Below the pieces are notes generated by a model. The model was given only the letters and a program-made list of their open reading frames with translations, was not told the origin of the DNA and did not search any database. Of a stretch of 64,000 nt of DNA, positions 26,720-39,156 are shown in pieces. The stretch covers positions 64,001 through 128,000 of IMG/VR virus record IMGVR_UViG_3300038300_000071. One strand, given 5' to 3'. A program made the translations under genes and the position numbers. Within the stretch, counting starts at the first letter, position 1. Each line of letters opens with the position of its first letter. Origin of the DNA: a virus. Lineage: Duplodnaviria > Caudoviricetes.

Positions 26720-28006
26720 ATGGCTCAATTAAACGTTCAAAAGGAAGTTGTCAAAGGAATTGTTGATCTTATCAGAAACAAACAGTTCTACGGGCACATC
26801 CTTCAACAGTTAACAAAAGTATATATTAAGGATGAAAATCATCCTTTGAAGACTATGGCTGTTGGTAAGTATAAAGATGATCAGCTTATTAAGTTGTTCG
26901 TCAATGAAGACTTTGTAAGAAATACAGTATATGCAAAGGATAGGAATGAAGATGAGGCTTGGGATTTACTTGTTGCAGCTCTTGAGCATGAAGTACTTCA
27001 TGTTGTGTTTAGCCATCTTACTCTTGAATTCTCAGATAAAGAAAGAAGCGCAGTTGCGGTTGATTGTGTTGTTAATTCTTGCATAGAGAATATTAAGTAT
27101 CTTGATGGGATTATACTTCCTGAGCAGTTTGGTTTCGACAAACATAAGTCAGCTCAGTGGTATTATAATAATCTGAGAGATAACGATCAGTTTGATAAAA
27201 TGCGAAAGAATATGCAAGGGCAAGGACAGGGCCAAGGGCAGGGGCAGGGGCAGGGGCAGGGTCAAGGGCAGGGTCAACAAGGCCAAGAAAAAGGAATGGG
27301 AGACTTGAAGGAGTCTATGGATTCTCACAAGATGTGGGAAGAGGCTATGAAAGATCCTATGTTAAAAGATTTTGTTAAGGATATCATCAGACAGGCAAAA
27401 GATCTTTGTAATGGAGACTATGGTTCTGTGCCGGGTGAAGTTATGGAATCTGTAAATTCAAGACTTGCAAAGAAGAAAGCAATCGTGCCATGGAATAAGG
27501 TTTTAAGGTCTTTTTGTGCTTCGTCTACTGAATCAGAGCTTAGCTATACCATGAAGCGTGAAAGTAATAGATATGGAACAAGGCCGGGTATCAAAAAGGA
27601 AGATGTTCTTCATCTTTGCGTTTGTGTTGATACGTCTGGATCTGTTTCCGCCAAGCTGTTGGAGATATTCTTTAATGAGATAAAGTGGATTTATAAGAAT
27701 GGAGCTAAGATTACAATCTATGAGGCAGATACAAGAGTTACAAGGGAGTATAAGTTTAAAGGTAAGTTTAAAGGAGATATAACTGGAAGAGGCGGTACTC
27801 ATTTCGAGCCTGCTATAAAACAAGCATCAGCATGTCATAAATTTGACGCAATGATATATTTTACTGACTTTTGTGCGCCAAAAATAGAAAAAAAGTACAA
27901 AATTCCGATACTATGGGTATTGACGGAAGATATGCCGAAGTCGCAGTATCCCTATAAATGGGGTAGGCACGTGAAGATTCATGAAGCTTTGGGAAGTAAA
28001 TATTAA
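26720..28006 (+). CDS. DUF2201-like metallopeptidase + vWA domain protein
   Basis: HEVLH, (GQ)n linker, DTSGS, GRGGT, YFTD motifs. Confidence 0.88.
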   Translation: MAQLNVQKEVVKGIVDLIRNKQFYGHILQQLTKVYIKDENHPLKTMAVGKYKDDQLIKLFVNEDFVRNTVYAKDRNEDEAWDLLVAALEHEVLHVVFSHLTLEFSDKERSAVAVDCVVNSCIENIKYLDGIILPEQFGFDKHKSAQWYYNNLRDNDQFDKMRKNMQGQGQGQGQGQGQGQGQGQGQQGQEKGMGDLKESMDSHKMWEEAMKDPMLKDFVKDIIRQAKDLCNGDYGSVPGEVMESVNSRLAKKKAIVPWNKVLRSFCASSTESELSYTMKRESNRYGTRPGIKKEDVLHLCVCVDTSGSVSAKLLEIFFNEIKWIYKNGAKITIYEADTRVTREYKFKGKFKGDITGRGGTHFEPAIKQASACHKFDAMIYFTDFCAPKIEKKYKIPILWVLTEDMPKSQYPYKWGRHVKIHEALGSKY

Positions 28007-28024
28007 AACAAAAGGAGAAGTATA

Positions 28025-29945
<1,921 letters not shown>

Positions 29946-29957
29946 GTCATTAGGTTT

Positions 29958-29992
29958 AAAAGCCCTGAGTCGGTTTGATTCGGGGCTTTTTT
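29958..29992 (+). terminator. Intrinsic terminator
   Basis: AAAGCCCTGAGTC...GATTCGGGGCTTTTTT. Confidence 0.8.
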
Positions 29993-30469
29993 ATGGATTT
30001 ATTTTATTTTTTTAGTAAAAGGCCAGTTCATTGTTGTATAGTAATATGTAACGGAGATGTAATTGAATGAAAACGTTTTTAATTTGTATAGAGTACAATA
30101 TAAACAATCATGTTGGTGAAGAATATGATGACATTCTAGAGGTTGAAGATATGCCTACTCAAATGACTATAGCTCACTGGGCTGATAGAATTAAGGGTAG
30201 AATAAGGAAGCTTTGGAATGAGGATAGTGATATTGATGAGGATGACGGAAGTAAGATTGAGAATTGGGAAAGAGGTGTGGAGATATATTTAGATGGAACC
30301 GCTCCCTATCATACAATTTTGATGAGACTTCAACTTGTCATGAAGAAAGAGGAGGGTATTGATTTCGACGTTCCATATGTAGAAGATTTGGACGAAGAGG
30401 TTGTGAGTGACTCTCAAAAAGAAGATTTTTTAAGAAAAAGAAATAAAATATAAAAAGGAATAAATAGTT

Positions 30470-30988
30470 ATGGCTAAGAATGTAGATTTTATAGTGTCAG
30501 GTGAGATTGCAGGATTGATGGAAGATATGATTGACGGTTTTCCGGCACTTTTTGATGGATTTGATGTATCGAGAGTTGCCTGTGTGATGACTCAGAGAAA
30601 GAAGGCTAAAGTCGCTGTCAAGCTTCATAATATTGGTTATCCGAAAGAAGTTCTAAGTGATAAAGTATATATCGTGGAGGTTTTTGCTGAATCATGGAAG
30701 GATATGGATGCTAAGAAAAGAAATTTAGCTTTGTTTCACGCTATGTGTGGCGTTCCGGTTGGTGGTTTCGATGAATTGAGTAAGAATTATGGTAAGAAGA
30801 AAAGACCTGATTACTCAATGTATCTTGAAGAGTTTGCCGTTTCTGGTGGTGTTCCCAACTGGATGGAGAACGATGCGGCTCAAGATCCAATGGACTTGGC
30901 GGCTGAGATTGCAGCAGAAGACGAAAAGGATGATGGCGTACAGAGAAGTGCCTTAACTCCTGCCGATGTTGCTAATATCGGAGAGTAG
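30470..30988 (+). CDS. Putative phage metallopeptidase-like protein
   Basis: YIVEV...W..M...RNLALFHAMC...PD....EEF pattern; HExxH degenerate. Confidence 0.45.
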   Translation: MAKNVDFIVSGEIAGLMEDMIDGFPALFDGFDVSRVACVMTQRKKAKVAVKLHNIGYPKEVLSDKVYIVEVFAESWKDMDAKKRNLALFHAMCGVPVGGFDELSKNYGKKKRPDYSMYLEEFAVSGGVPNWMENDAAQDPMDLAAEIAAEDEKDDGVQRSALTPADVANIGE

Positions 30989-30999
30989 TAGTATATTAA

Positions 31000-31638
31000 A
31001 TGGCTCATTATCGATTAAATGATTTTCTCAAGCTTCCACCAGAAGAAAGGCGGAAGAGAACTTTTTCAAATGTAAATGAAAAAAGGTTCTATGGAAGAAG
31101 AAACTTTTCTGAGGAAGAGATTGTAACCTATTTAACTATAAATGGGTTGGATACTTCAAGGAAGCTTGCGAATTTTAGAAAAGATAATGAGCCAACAGTT
31201 TATGATTGCGTAAAGGCTTTTGGAAGCTGGAAGGAAACGAAAAGAGCGGTATTTGGAGTCGGCATTGATGATATTATCAATGAAGAACCTAAGTGCGATG
31301 CGGAGTATTTAGTTAAGGCAGTAATTGAAAACAATTTGTGGACATGGAGGAGTTACTTGGAAGCCAGAAAGAAAAGGCCAGATATAATTCCATCCACGAA
31401 TCAAATAAAGAAGAACTGGAAAGCTTTTTCCGATTTAATTAATTTTTCAAAGGCATATTCGATAAAGCACAGCGCGGTTAGTTTCTTGAGTTTGAAGAGA
31501 GAAATTGGTAGGACTCCTACCAAAAAGGATTGCGAAAGTGCTGGAATAAATTTGGAAAGAGTTATAGATAAGTTTGGCGGAAAGAGAGAGTTTGATAAGT
31601 TCATTAAAAACATGGAGTTAATCCAAGATGCGATCTAA
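31000..31638 (+). CDS. Homing-endonuclease-associated repeat protein
   Basis: Repeated PT...FGSW, PS...W.AF and GRTPT...KFGG units. Confidence 0.5.
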   Translation: MAHYRLNDFLKLPPEERRKRTFSNVNEKRFYGRRNFSEEEIVTYLTINGLDTSRKLANFRKDNEPTVYDCVKAFGSWKETKRAVFGVGIDDIINEEPKCDAEYLVKAVIENNLWTWRSYLEARKKRPDIIPSTNQIKKNWKAFSDLINFSKAYSIKHSAVSFLSLKREIGRTPTKKDCESAGINLERVIDKFGGKREFDKFIKNMELIQDAI

Positions 31639-32113
31639 AGATGAAGTACTAGAGAAATTTTATGACTTATATCAAAGAAGACTGAAGGAAAGAAAGAAGA
31701 AGTATTTAAGCAAGGGTCATATGAATTGCAAGTTTAACAAAAAGAGCAGAGTTAAAGATTGCGGTGTTGTTGGTTTTTGTGGAAACGATAAAATTATTAA
31801 TAGATTTAATAGAAGCTCTTTGTTTCTATGCGATGATGATGGCGTTTCAGAGGCTTGCGGTAAGTTTGTGTGCAAGCATACTGAAAAATCTGTTGAGAGT
31901 GACTTTATTGATGTGATTAAAAGCCCTTCAAGGTGTGGACAAGAGTATCCAAAGTTGGCGGTTATGATATGGATAATGCAGGACGAAAGTATTACCGCTG
32001 GGAAGGAGAGAATTTCTACAGATGGAAAGAATGGACTTGAGTCTAGTTTGTTTGGAAAGAAGAAAAGTGGTTATTTGAAAAGTATTCTAAATGCGGTTTT
32101 GAAAAGGTAAATT

Positions 32114-32746
32114 ATGGAAGGGAAGTGGGTCTGCATTTTATTAAATCATCAATATTCTAAGAAAGAAAGTTTGGATATTGTAAGAAAAGAGATGGACAAA
32201 GTTTTTGGCAAGGACAACTTGGGAGTCGAGATAGCCAAAAGTGGTACGTGTGATACAGAGGGTTTCGGCTATTATGCATTCGTTAATTGCTTAAACTATG
32301 ATGATCATGTATCTGGGCTTAGAAGGAGTAGAGTTATCTATGATGTATTGCCTTCATACAAGAGCCCTCACTTTCTTTCGGAGGAGGAGGTATTGTCCTT
32401 TAAGGACTCGGCTGAAAATGAAGGAAGGCCAAAGGAGCTGTTCTATGGGGATTTGGTTAAAATTGAAGATGGGTATTTAAAGAATTTGTATGGTATTGTG
32501 AAATATAAAAATGATGATGGTAGTTATAAAGTTTTTTTTAAATTGTATACAATGAAATTTGATGAAGATTTATCACCCAGAGTGTTGGGTTTGCAGAGAA
32601 ATATATTTGACAAAGTAAGGGTTCCAGTAGTAGAGTATCATGACAACGTAGTTGAAATTATGAATATCTGCTCAAGGGAAACCATAGATGATAAGATGTA
32701 TAGGCCAGAATATAGAGAACATGGCTCAAAGGGGTTCGAATCCTGA
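32114..32746 (+). CDS. NusG-like transcription elongation factor
   Basis: N-terminal W, GYYAFV, FLSEEEV, and KOW-like GDLVKIEDGYLKNLYGIV. Confidence 0.7.
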   Translation: MEGKWVCILLNHQYSKKESLDIVRKEMDKVFGKDNLGVEIAKSGTCDTEGFGYYAFVNCLNYDDHVSGLRRSRVIYDVLPSYKSPHFLSEEEVLSFKDSAENEGRPKELFYGDLVKIEDGYLKNLYGIVKYKNDDGSYKVFFKLYTMKFDEDLSPRVLGLQRNIFDKVRVPVVEYHDNVVEIMNICSRETIDDKMYRPEYREHGSKGFES

Positions 32747-33269
32747 AAGGGTTAAAATACCAATGTTCACTGTTGAACAGGTGAAGCACTTCAAACCAAT
32801 ATTAAAGTTCTTAAATGAAAAAGACAGAGATATTTTATATTTAATCTTTGTTGCAAATAAAAAACAAAAGTCAGTGCAGAAGATATTAGACAGAAGTCAG
32901 CCTTCTTTGTGCTATGATATTAGGCGCATTAGGAGAAGGCTGAAATTTATATTTTACCTAACATCTGTTTCAGATGTATTTTTAAACTTCATAAAGAATG
33001 ATTCTGGCCAGTATGATTCCGAGGCAATAGAAGTTTTAACATTGATGTTTTACACAACGTCATTCACTCAAGTGGCAAAAGTATCTAATAAGAGACAAAT
33101 AAGGATTAGATATATATATGATAAGATGGTCTGCAGACTTGCAAAAGAAAAAAATTGGCCTCTTTTTGAAATATTCCAAGCCATTAGAGAAAATCTCAAT
33201 ATAGTTAAGCGCGTTTATAAAGATAGTTATGATGGTTACGGCTCATATGATATATTTGTACCCGCTTGA
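32688..33269 (+). CDS. Sigma-factor region-4-like HTH protein
   Basis: LNEKDRDILYL...QKSVQKILDRSQPSL....RRIRRRL plus a second HTH-like unit; start uncertain. Confidence 0.55.
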   Translation: MIRCIGQNIENMAQRGSNPERVKIPMFTVEQVKHFKPILKFLNEKDRDILYLIFVANKKQKSVQKILDRSQPSLCYDIRRIRRRLKFIFYLTSVSDVFLNFIKNDSGQYDSEAIEVLTLMFYTTSFTQVAKVSNKRQIRIRYIYDKMVCRLAKEKNWPLFEIFQAIRENLNIVKRVYKDSYDGYGSYDIFVPA

Positions 33270-33576
33270 TTAATATTTTTTTTAATTTCTTATATTAAGA
33301 AGGAGGTACAAACCATGGAAAATGTATTTGAAAATTTTTATTGGCATAGCGCAATAGGAATGGATGAAGAATTGAATGTAAGTAAAAACTTTGCTGTTAA
33401 GATGGCAAATACTGATGAAAACATCGGAAATTTCATTAAGGCTGGTGATAGTTTATTAATACATAAAACTACACAAGCCTTATGGAAGATAACTGATGAC
33501 AAGGATTCAATAGAGCCTGTATTTGGTTCTGACATCTTAACGGAAGACGAAATAAATAACTGGCAGGGATAAGAGA

Positions 33577-34599
33577 ATGGAACTTAATGATTTGTTTGGG
33601 TCTGAACCAATTCAAGATGTAAGTCTTGTAGACGAAAGTGTACTGAGTGCAGGGGAGATTTCCAGCGAGGATATGTCTCTTGATGCTGGTAGCTTGGGTG
33701 GTTTTGAATTTGGAAGTGGAATAGAAGAAAGAGAATCTAGTTTAGAGAAGTCCGAGGTGTCTATTGTGAAGTTTGCCCACGAGCAAATGTTGCAAGGGAA
33801 AATGGGGTCTGAGCTTGTTGGTAGTATTAAGTCAAAATATGGATCGGATACCTTGGCTGTTGCTAAGGATCAGCTGTTGGCGCTTTCCAAACAGGAAGGG
33901 ATTGTTGGTACGATTGTTGTAGATGCGAGTGAGTTTGAATCTTGTAAAGAGGCAATCGCTCACACTAAGAATTCTCCATATAAGAATAGTTTAAAATTTA
34001 TCAAGGGTTGCAAATGTGATCATCATGAAGTTGATGATTACGACAATAGTGATTATCTAAACACAAACTATGAAGCTAATTTTGACAATGCTATAGACAA
34101 CTACTTCGATGACGTTAACTATGAGGCAAAAACTATTAGAGTTTGTAAATCTACAGGATTGAAGGTGTTCGCGGGATATGGAGATTTGGACAGTGAAGAT
34201 CTTGCAGACGGATTTACCGAAGGAATAAATATTGATGATGGCGACAGAGAGAATATGCCAAAGCCAGAAAGAAAGGATAAAGAGTCCTCTCTTCAGTTTG
34301 TTCAAAGATGTTTTAAAGAGTCGGCAATGAGCAAGACAAGATCTCTTCAAGTTGCAATTCCTCCAGAGGATGTTGCAAAGCATACGGTAGAGCAGGGCGA
34401 ACTGCACGTTGAGATAGTTGAGGAAAAGGAGGCTGGTGAGGAAGTGATTGTAGATCCTGTAAATCACGCAGCGGATCAAGAAATTGAATTATTTTCTTCT
34501 CTGAGTGAGTTTGATGATGTTAGCACAGATGCGGGTGAAATCGTGTTAGGGTTGGACAGTCCTTTTAGTTCTATTGACATCGAAGAACAGGCTAAGTAA
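33577..34599 (+). CDS. Hypothetical acidic protein (late module)
   Basis: Long ORF upstream of the terminase. Confidence 0.6.
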   Translation: MELNDLFGSEPIQDVSLVDESVLSAGEISSEDMSLDAGSLGGFEFGSGIEERESSLEKSEVSIVKFAHEQMLQGKMGSELVGSIKSKYGSDTLAVAKDQLLALSKQEGIVGTIVVDASEFESCKEAIAHTKNSPYKNSLKFIKGCKCDHHEVDDYDNSDYLNTNYEANFDNAIDNYFDDVNYEAKTIRVCKSTGLKVFAGYGDLDSEDLADGFTEGINIDDGDRENMPKPERKDKESSLQFVQRCFKESAMSKTRSLQVAIPPEDVAKHTVEQGELHVEIVEEKEAGEEVIVDPVNHAADQEIELFSSLSEFDDVSTDAGEIVLGLDSPFSSIDIEEQAK

Positions 34600-34607
34600 G
34601 AGTTATT

Positions 34608-35219
34608 ATGGCTAAAAAGAATTTGGATGAATTTGAAAAAGCGGATAAGGAGCGTGGAGATTTTTTGCCAGCTCCTTCTCCTGCAGGGATGGTTATTGCT
34701 CCAGCGATTGACGAAGGTGAAAGTTTACCATCGGCTCCAAAAAACATGCTGGAAGTTAGAGATAATCTAGTGAAAGAGTATCACAAAGGAAGCTCTTCTC
34801 TTGCGGAGAAGTTAGAGAATGAGGGAAAAAACAACCTTGAGGGGTTGATCATGTCATTGGTTGATGAAGTTATCAAAGAGACTGATAGCTTGCTGGCAAA
34901 TGAGCTCGTTTCAATATCTCAAGGAGACCTGAGAGATGCTTCAATTATTTCCTACAAAAGATCCGAAGTTCTGGAAAAAGCGATTAAAGCGGTTCAGGCA
35001 AAGCAAGTATTTGAAAAGGAGAATGGAGTAGATGTTAATTCTCCATCGATGTTGGTTGTGTTTAAATACTTCATGGGGAAGGTAAAAAATGTCTTTGGAG
35101 AGATGAACGCTGATGACGAGTTGTCCGATACATTTTTTAGAAACCTAGCTTCTAATTTATCCGAATGGAAGAAAGAGCTTGGAAGCGAACTAAATGATTT
35201 AGATAAACTAGACGGGTAA
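34608..35219 (+). CDS. Possible terminase small subunit
   Basis: Helical protein immediately upstream of TerL; positional inference only. Confidence 0.35.
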   Translation: MAKKNLDEFEKADKERGDFLPAPSPAGMVIAPAIDEGESLPSAPKNMLEVRDNLVKEYHKGSSSLAEKLENEGKNNLEGLIMSLVDEVIKETDSLLANELVSISQGDLRDASIISYKRSEVLEKAIKAVQAKQVFEKENGVDVNSPSMLVVFKYFMGKVKNVFGEMNADDELSDTFFRNLASNLSEWKKELGSELNDLDKLDG

Positions 35220-35221
35220 AA

Positions 35222-37060
35222 ATGTCCAATGATCCTTTAATAAATTTAGCAGAGTCTTTTTTATCTGGTAATAATGAAAGCGTAGTTGACATTATAACTT
35301 TTGTTGAGGCTCCTTGGGGTCTCAATTTTAAGTTATTCCCAGCTCAAAAGTTTATGCTTAAGTGTTATTATGGATTGCCTCTGGATGGTAGGATTAAAAA
35401 CATTGAAGTTCCAGATGTTGTAAATGATAGAATATTATTTACATTCACTGAGGTGGAATTCTTACAGTGGCTGTATGAAGAGGGAAGGTGCAATACAAAC
35501 ATAGTTGAAGGAAAGATTTTCCGAGAGCTTATATTGGTAATTGGGCGTAGATCTGGAAAATCAACGATTGCCTCATGTATTTCTAATTATGAAATGTATA
35601 AGCTGATAAAGCGTGGTGATCCTTCAGCATACTACAGTTTTCCTCCAGACTCTCAAGTTGCCATATTGAATGTGGCTCCAACAGACCCGCAAGCTGGTGT
35701 TGTTTTTGGAATGATTAGAGGTATGACGTCTAGATGTAATTACCTTCAGAATCGTGTTTTAAATTCAACTCAGAATTATTTCAATATTTCTACAGATACT
35801 GATTTAAAGTCAGTTGGCAAGAAGAAAGCTTCAATAATATCAATGGCTGGCGGTTGTTCTTCAAACTCTCTTCGTGGACGTAATAGTATCGTCGTAATTA
35901 TGGATGAATTTGCATTCTTTATTGACAATGGCGGACGTTTTGCAGGAAGTGAGGTTTATAAAGCTCTCACGCCATCCACGGCTTCATTTAAGCGTGACGG
36001 CAAGGTTATTGTTATATCATCGCCGTATGCGAAGTATGGAGCCTTCTGGGATAGATATAATGAGTCGTTTGATGAGGAAGAAAGTACTCTTATGTTTAAG
36101 ATGTATACTCCAATGGTAAATCCGACAATTGATAAGTCTATATTAAAGGCTGAGAGGAAGAGAGATAAGATTGGGTTTATCGGGGAATATGGGGCGGAGT
36201 TTTCAGACTCTGTTGTAGCTTGGATAGATGATGAAGATGTCTTCAAGTCTTGCATTCCGAGTACGAAAGTGATAAATGCCAAGGGTAGAGAAGATGTGGT
36301 TTACAATAAAGTAGGGCCTGAAAGAGGAGTTACTGGGGTAAGATATTATGCTGGTATCGATTTGGGCTTAAAAAATGATGGAACTGCAATTTCAATTGTT
36401 CACAGGGAAGGAAAGAAAATAATTTTAGATTACGCTAAAGTTTGGTATTCTGGATCTTCTGATGTTTGGGATTTTCAAAACAGTATATATAAAGATTGTG
36501 GCGAGTTTAAAGATGATGAATATTTAAAGATAAGAGACATAATAAAAGAAATAAAAGAGATAAATAAGCTTTTCCCAGTCTATCAAGGTTTTTTTGACCA
36601 GCATAATGGCGCAGCTTTGATGGAAATGTTACATGAAGATGGATTAACTCAGTTTGAGATGGAGCATGTTTCAGATACAAGCGCAAGTAAAATATATAAT
36701 TTGGCAAAAACTCTCTATCAGGATCAGTTGTTGGAGCTGTTCTATGATCCAGTGTTAATTCCAGAGCTTTTATCTTTAGAGGCTGAAAAGAGATCTAAAC
36801 AGAAGATTATTGTCAGAGGACAAACTAAGAAAGGCGCACACGATGATGTTAGCGATGCCTATATAAGGGCCGTGTGGGCTTGCTATCAAGATTCCAAGGA
36901 TAAGAGTGCGAATGTTGCAACTAATAGATTTGGAGTGGTTCGCAAGCCATCTGTGGGTGCAAAGGGAGCATCTGTAAATACTTTTGCTCTTAATAAAGAA
37001 AAAGCCCATGGAGCACATCCAAGGCTTGGAAGTGTTAGATCGAGAAAGGGAAGAAGATGA
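35222..37060 (+). CDS. terL: Terminase large subunit
   Basis: GRRSGKS Walker A, VIMDEFA Walker B, ISSP, EYGAEF, GIDLG nuclease motif, HDD. Confidence 0.93.
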   Translation: MSNDPLINLAESFLSGNNESVVDIITFVEAPWGLNFKLFPAQKFMLKCYYGLPLDGRIKNIEVPDVVNDRILFTFTEVEFLQWLYEEGRCNTNIVEGKIFRELILVIGRRSGKSTIASCISNYEMYKLIKRGDPSAYYSFPPDSQVAILNVAPTDPQAGVVFGMIRGMTSRCNYLQNRVLNSTQNYFNISTDTDLKSVGKKKASIISMAGGCSSNSLRGRNSIVVIMDEFAFFIDNGGRFAGSEVYKALTPSTASFKRDGKVIVISSPYAKYGAFWDRYNESFDEEESTLMFKMYTPMVNPTIDKSILKAERKRDKIGFIGEYGAEFSDSVVAWIDDEDVFKSCIPSTKVINAKGREDVVYNKVGPERGVTGVRYYAGIDLGLKNDGTAISIVHREGKKIILDYAKVWYSGSSDVWDFQNSIYKDCGEFKDDEYLKIRDIIKEIKEINKLFPVYQGFFDQHNGAALMEMLHEDGLTQFEMEHVSDTSASKIYNLAKTLYQDQLLELFYDPVLIPELLSLEAEKRSKQKIIVRGQTKKGAHDDVSDAYIRAVWACYQDSKDKSANVATNRFGVVRKPSVGAKGASVNTFALNKEKAHGAHPRLGSVRSRKGRR

Positions 37061-38625
37061 AAAAGAAAAATTCAAAAGGGCCAATGACCAAAGAAGAAAG
37101 GAAGAGAAGGACTAAAAAGATTAAATCCGTTAGGCATTTGGCTCAAAACATACATAAGCTTAGAAGTGCGGTAAGAACGGATTTAAGATCTGACGATGAG
37201 AAGAAAAGACTTACTGCTTTGGCTGTTGCTTTGATGGATAAGACGGCAGAGCGCGTTGGAAATGAAGCGTCTGCAAGAGATAATGGTCATTTCGGAGTAA
37301 CTGGATTTAGAAATAATCATATTGAGGTCAACGGCAATAATGTAAAAATAGACTATGTCGGAAAGTCAGGAGTTAAGCAGAGTAAATCTTTCAGTGATAA
37401 AGCGATTGCTGATGCTGTAAAGAAATGCAAGGGAAATTGCAAGAGCGGGAATGACAATGTTCTGACAACATCGGATGGATTTAGAGTAAGGGCAGACAGA
37501 GTTAATAGATATTTAGAGAGATTTGATATTACTGCAAAAGATATCAGAGGATATTCTGCAAATAAGATGATGCATGATTATCTTACCAAAGTAAAGAAGC
37601 CTAGTACTCCAGAAGAAAGAAAAAAAGTTTTTTTAGAGGGTTTGGCAAAAGTATCAGAAAGAGTAGGACATGGGAAGAATACCCTTAGATTGCATTATTT
37701 GTTGCCGAAAATAGAAAAATCATACATAAACAGTGGTAAAGTTATGAATATAAAGAAAGCCTATGATGAAAGGCAAAATGCAGAGGTTCAGAATATACTG
37801 GAAGATGTATATCCAGAAACGGCTCAGACTTTATTGCTAAAAAATGCAATGGACTACTGGGATACGACGAGGAATTATCCGAATGGGGATTGGAAGGGAG
37901 CGGAGAAATTTTATTTTTGGTTGGCTGTAATGAATGATACGGCGGCATTGGAAATTTCACATAAGGATAGTTACCCTTCATCTCTGCAAGATTCGAATGG
38001 AAGTGCTTGGAGAGTTTTAGTTCCGCATGAAGATGCGGACAGAAAAGCAATTGTTTTAGATATAAATAGCATCAAGCATGATGGCGTTAGTACTTTAGGG
38101 ACTCAAATATACTCAACAAATGATATTGACTTGTCTGAGTTGAATTGGATTAGTAGCGGAGACCATTGGACAAGATCTATACTGTGGCTTATAGAAGAAG
38201 CTAAAATGCTATCGGAAAACGGGGAAGATTTGTCAAAAGTTATTAATGGGTATAATCTAAGGTTAGAAATAGTTAGCTTAATGCATACTATTAGATTGGA
38301 GTTGACGGTTGAGATGAAAGAGATTTATAAAGCTATGACGGGAGTTGAGTTGACGCTGCCCAATGTAACGATAGCTTTGAATGATTGGAATTTTACTCCA
38401 GAGTCGGTTGCATCATTGATGTATCCTTCTGGGTGTCTGAAGTGGGCAGTCGTAACGGTATCTCCAAAGGCGTTTAAGCATGGAATGGAATATGTTAGAT
38501 ATGTTATAATGCACGAATTAATTCATTTGGCAGTAGGCGAAGGCGATAAAGATGGCCATGGGCACGGTGCTAAATTTAATATGTTAGCAGAGTCTATGGG
38601 TCTTCCTAAACAATTTAGAGATTAA
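37057..38625 (+). CDS. DNA topoisomerase IB catalytic domain fused to SprT-like metalloprotease domain
   Basis: RVGNE, YVGKSG, AKDIR, VGH, HYL (TopoIB residues); C-terminal HELIH...HG..F. Confidence 0.8.
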   Translation: MKKKNSKGPMTKEERKRRTKKIKSVRHLAQNIHKLRSAVRTDLRSDDEKKRLTALAVALMDKTAERVGNEASARDNGHFGVTGFRNNHIEVNGNNVKIDYVGKSGVKQSKSFSDKAIADAVKKCKGNCKSGNDNVLTTSDGFRVRADRVNRYLERFDITAKDIRGYSANKMMHDYLTKVKKPSTPEERKKVFLEGLAKVSERVGHGKNTLRLHYLLPKIEKSYINSGKVMNIKKAYDERQNAEVQNILEDVYPETAQTLLLKNAMDYWDTTRNYPNGDWKGAEKFYFWLAVMNDTAALEISHKDSYPSSLQDSNGSAWRVLVPHEDADRKAIVLDINSIKHDGVSTLGTQIYSTNDIDLSELNWISSGDHWTRSILWLIEEAKMLSENGEDLSKVINGYNLRLEIVSLMHTIRLELTVEMKEIYKAMTGVELTLPNVTIALNDWNFTPESVASLMYPSGCLKWAVVTVSPKAFKHGMEYVRYVIMHELIHLAVGEGDKDGHGHGAKFNMLAESMGLPKQFRD

Positions 38626-39156
38626 GCAGAGGTCAATTATGGAAGAAGAAGGTTATAAAAAGCTGATAAACGGTAACGTAATTAACAGCTTAAAGAATTT
38701 AGAGGATAAGTTAGAAAAGAATGATCCTAGTTATTCTGATGAGTTGGCAGCTTTGCCTTCTGGACATCCATTGAGGACTGCTATAGAAGATGCCAAGCAG
38801 AGAAGAGAAGAGCGTTTAAGCAGAGAAGAATCTGTAAAGAAGACATCTGCTAGGATTAGAGAGAATAGAATGGCGAAAAAGGTCAAAAGCGCAGAGAAGA
38901 GAAAAGAAAGAGATACAATAACTCAGGATGAAGTTGATCAAGGAAGAAGCGCAGTAGACGATTTAAATGAAAAAATAGAATCTTTAAGGATGGCATCAGC
39001 CGATCTTTTAAGGGCAATACCTAAAATAAAGGATGACTTGCAAAAGTTTCCAGATGAAATGACAAAACTTTCAAGACTGGAAAGAATAGTAGGGTCAATA
39101 CATAAAGGCATGAGTGAAACAAATTTTAATAAAATTAGAATTACAGGGGAAGAATA

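Noticed and set aside
27212-27285. (CARGGN)n microsatellite as a phase-variation site
   Set aside because: The 6-bp unit preserves frame and encodes the Gly-Gln linker common in DUF2201/vWA proteins.
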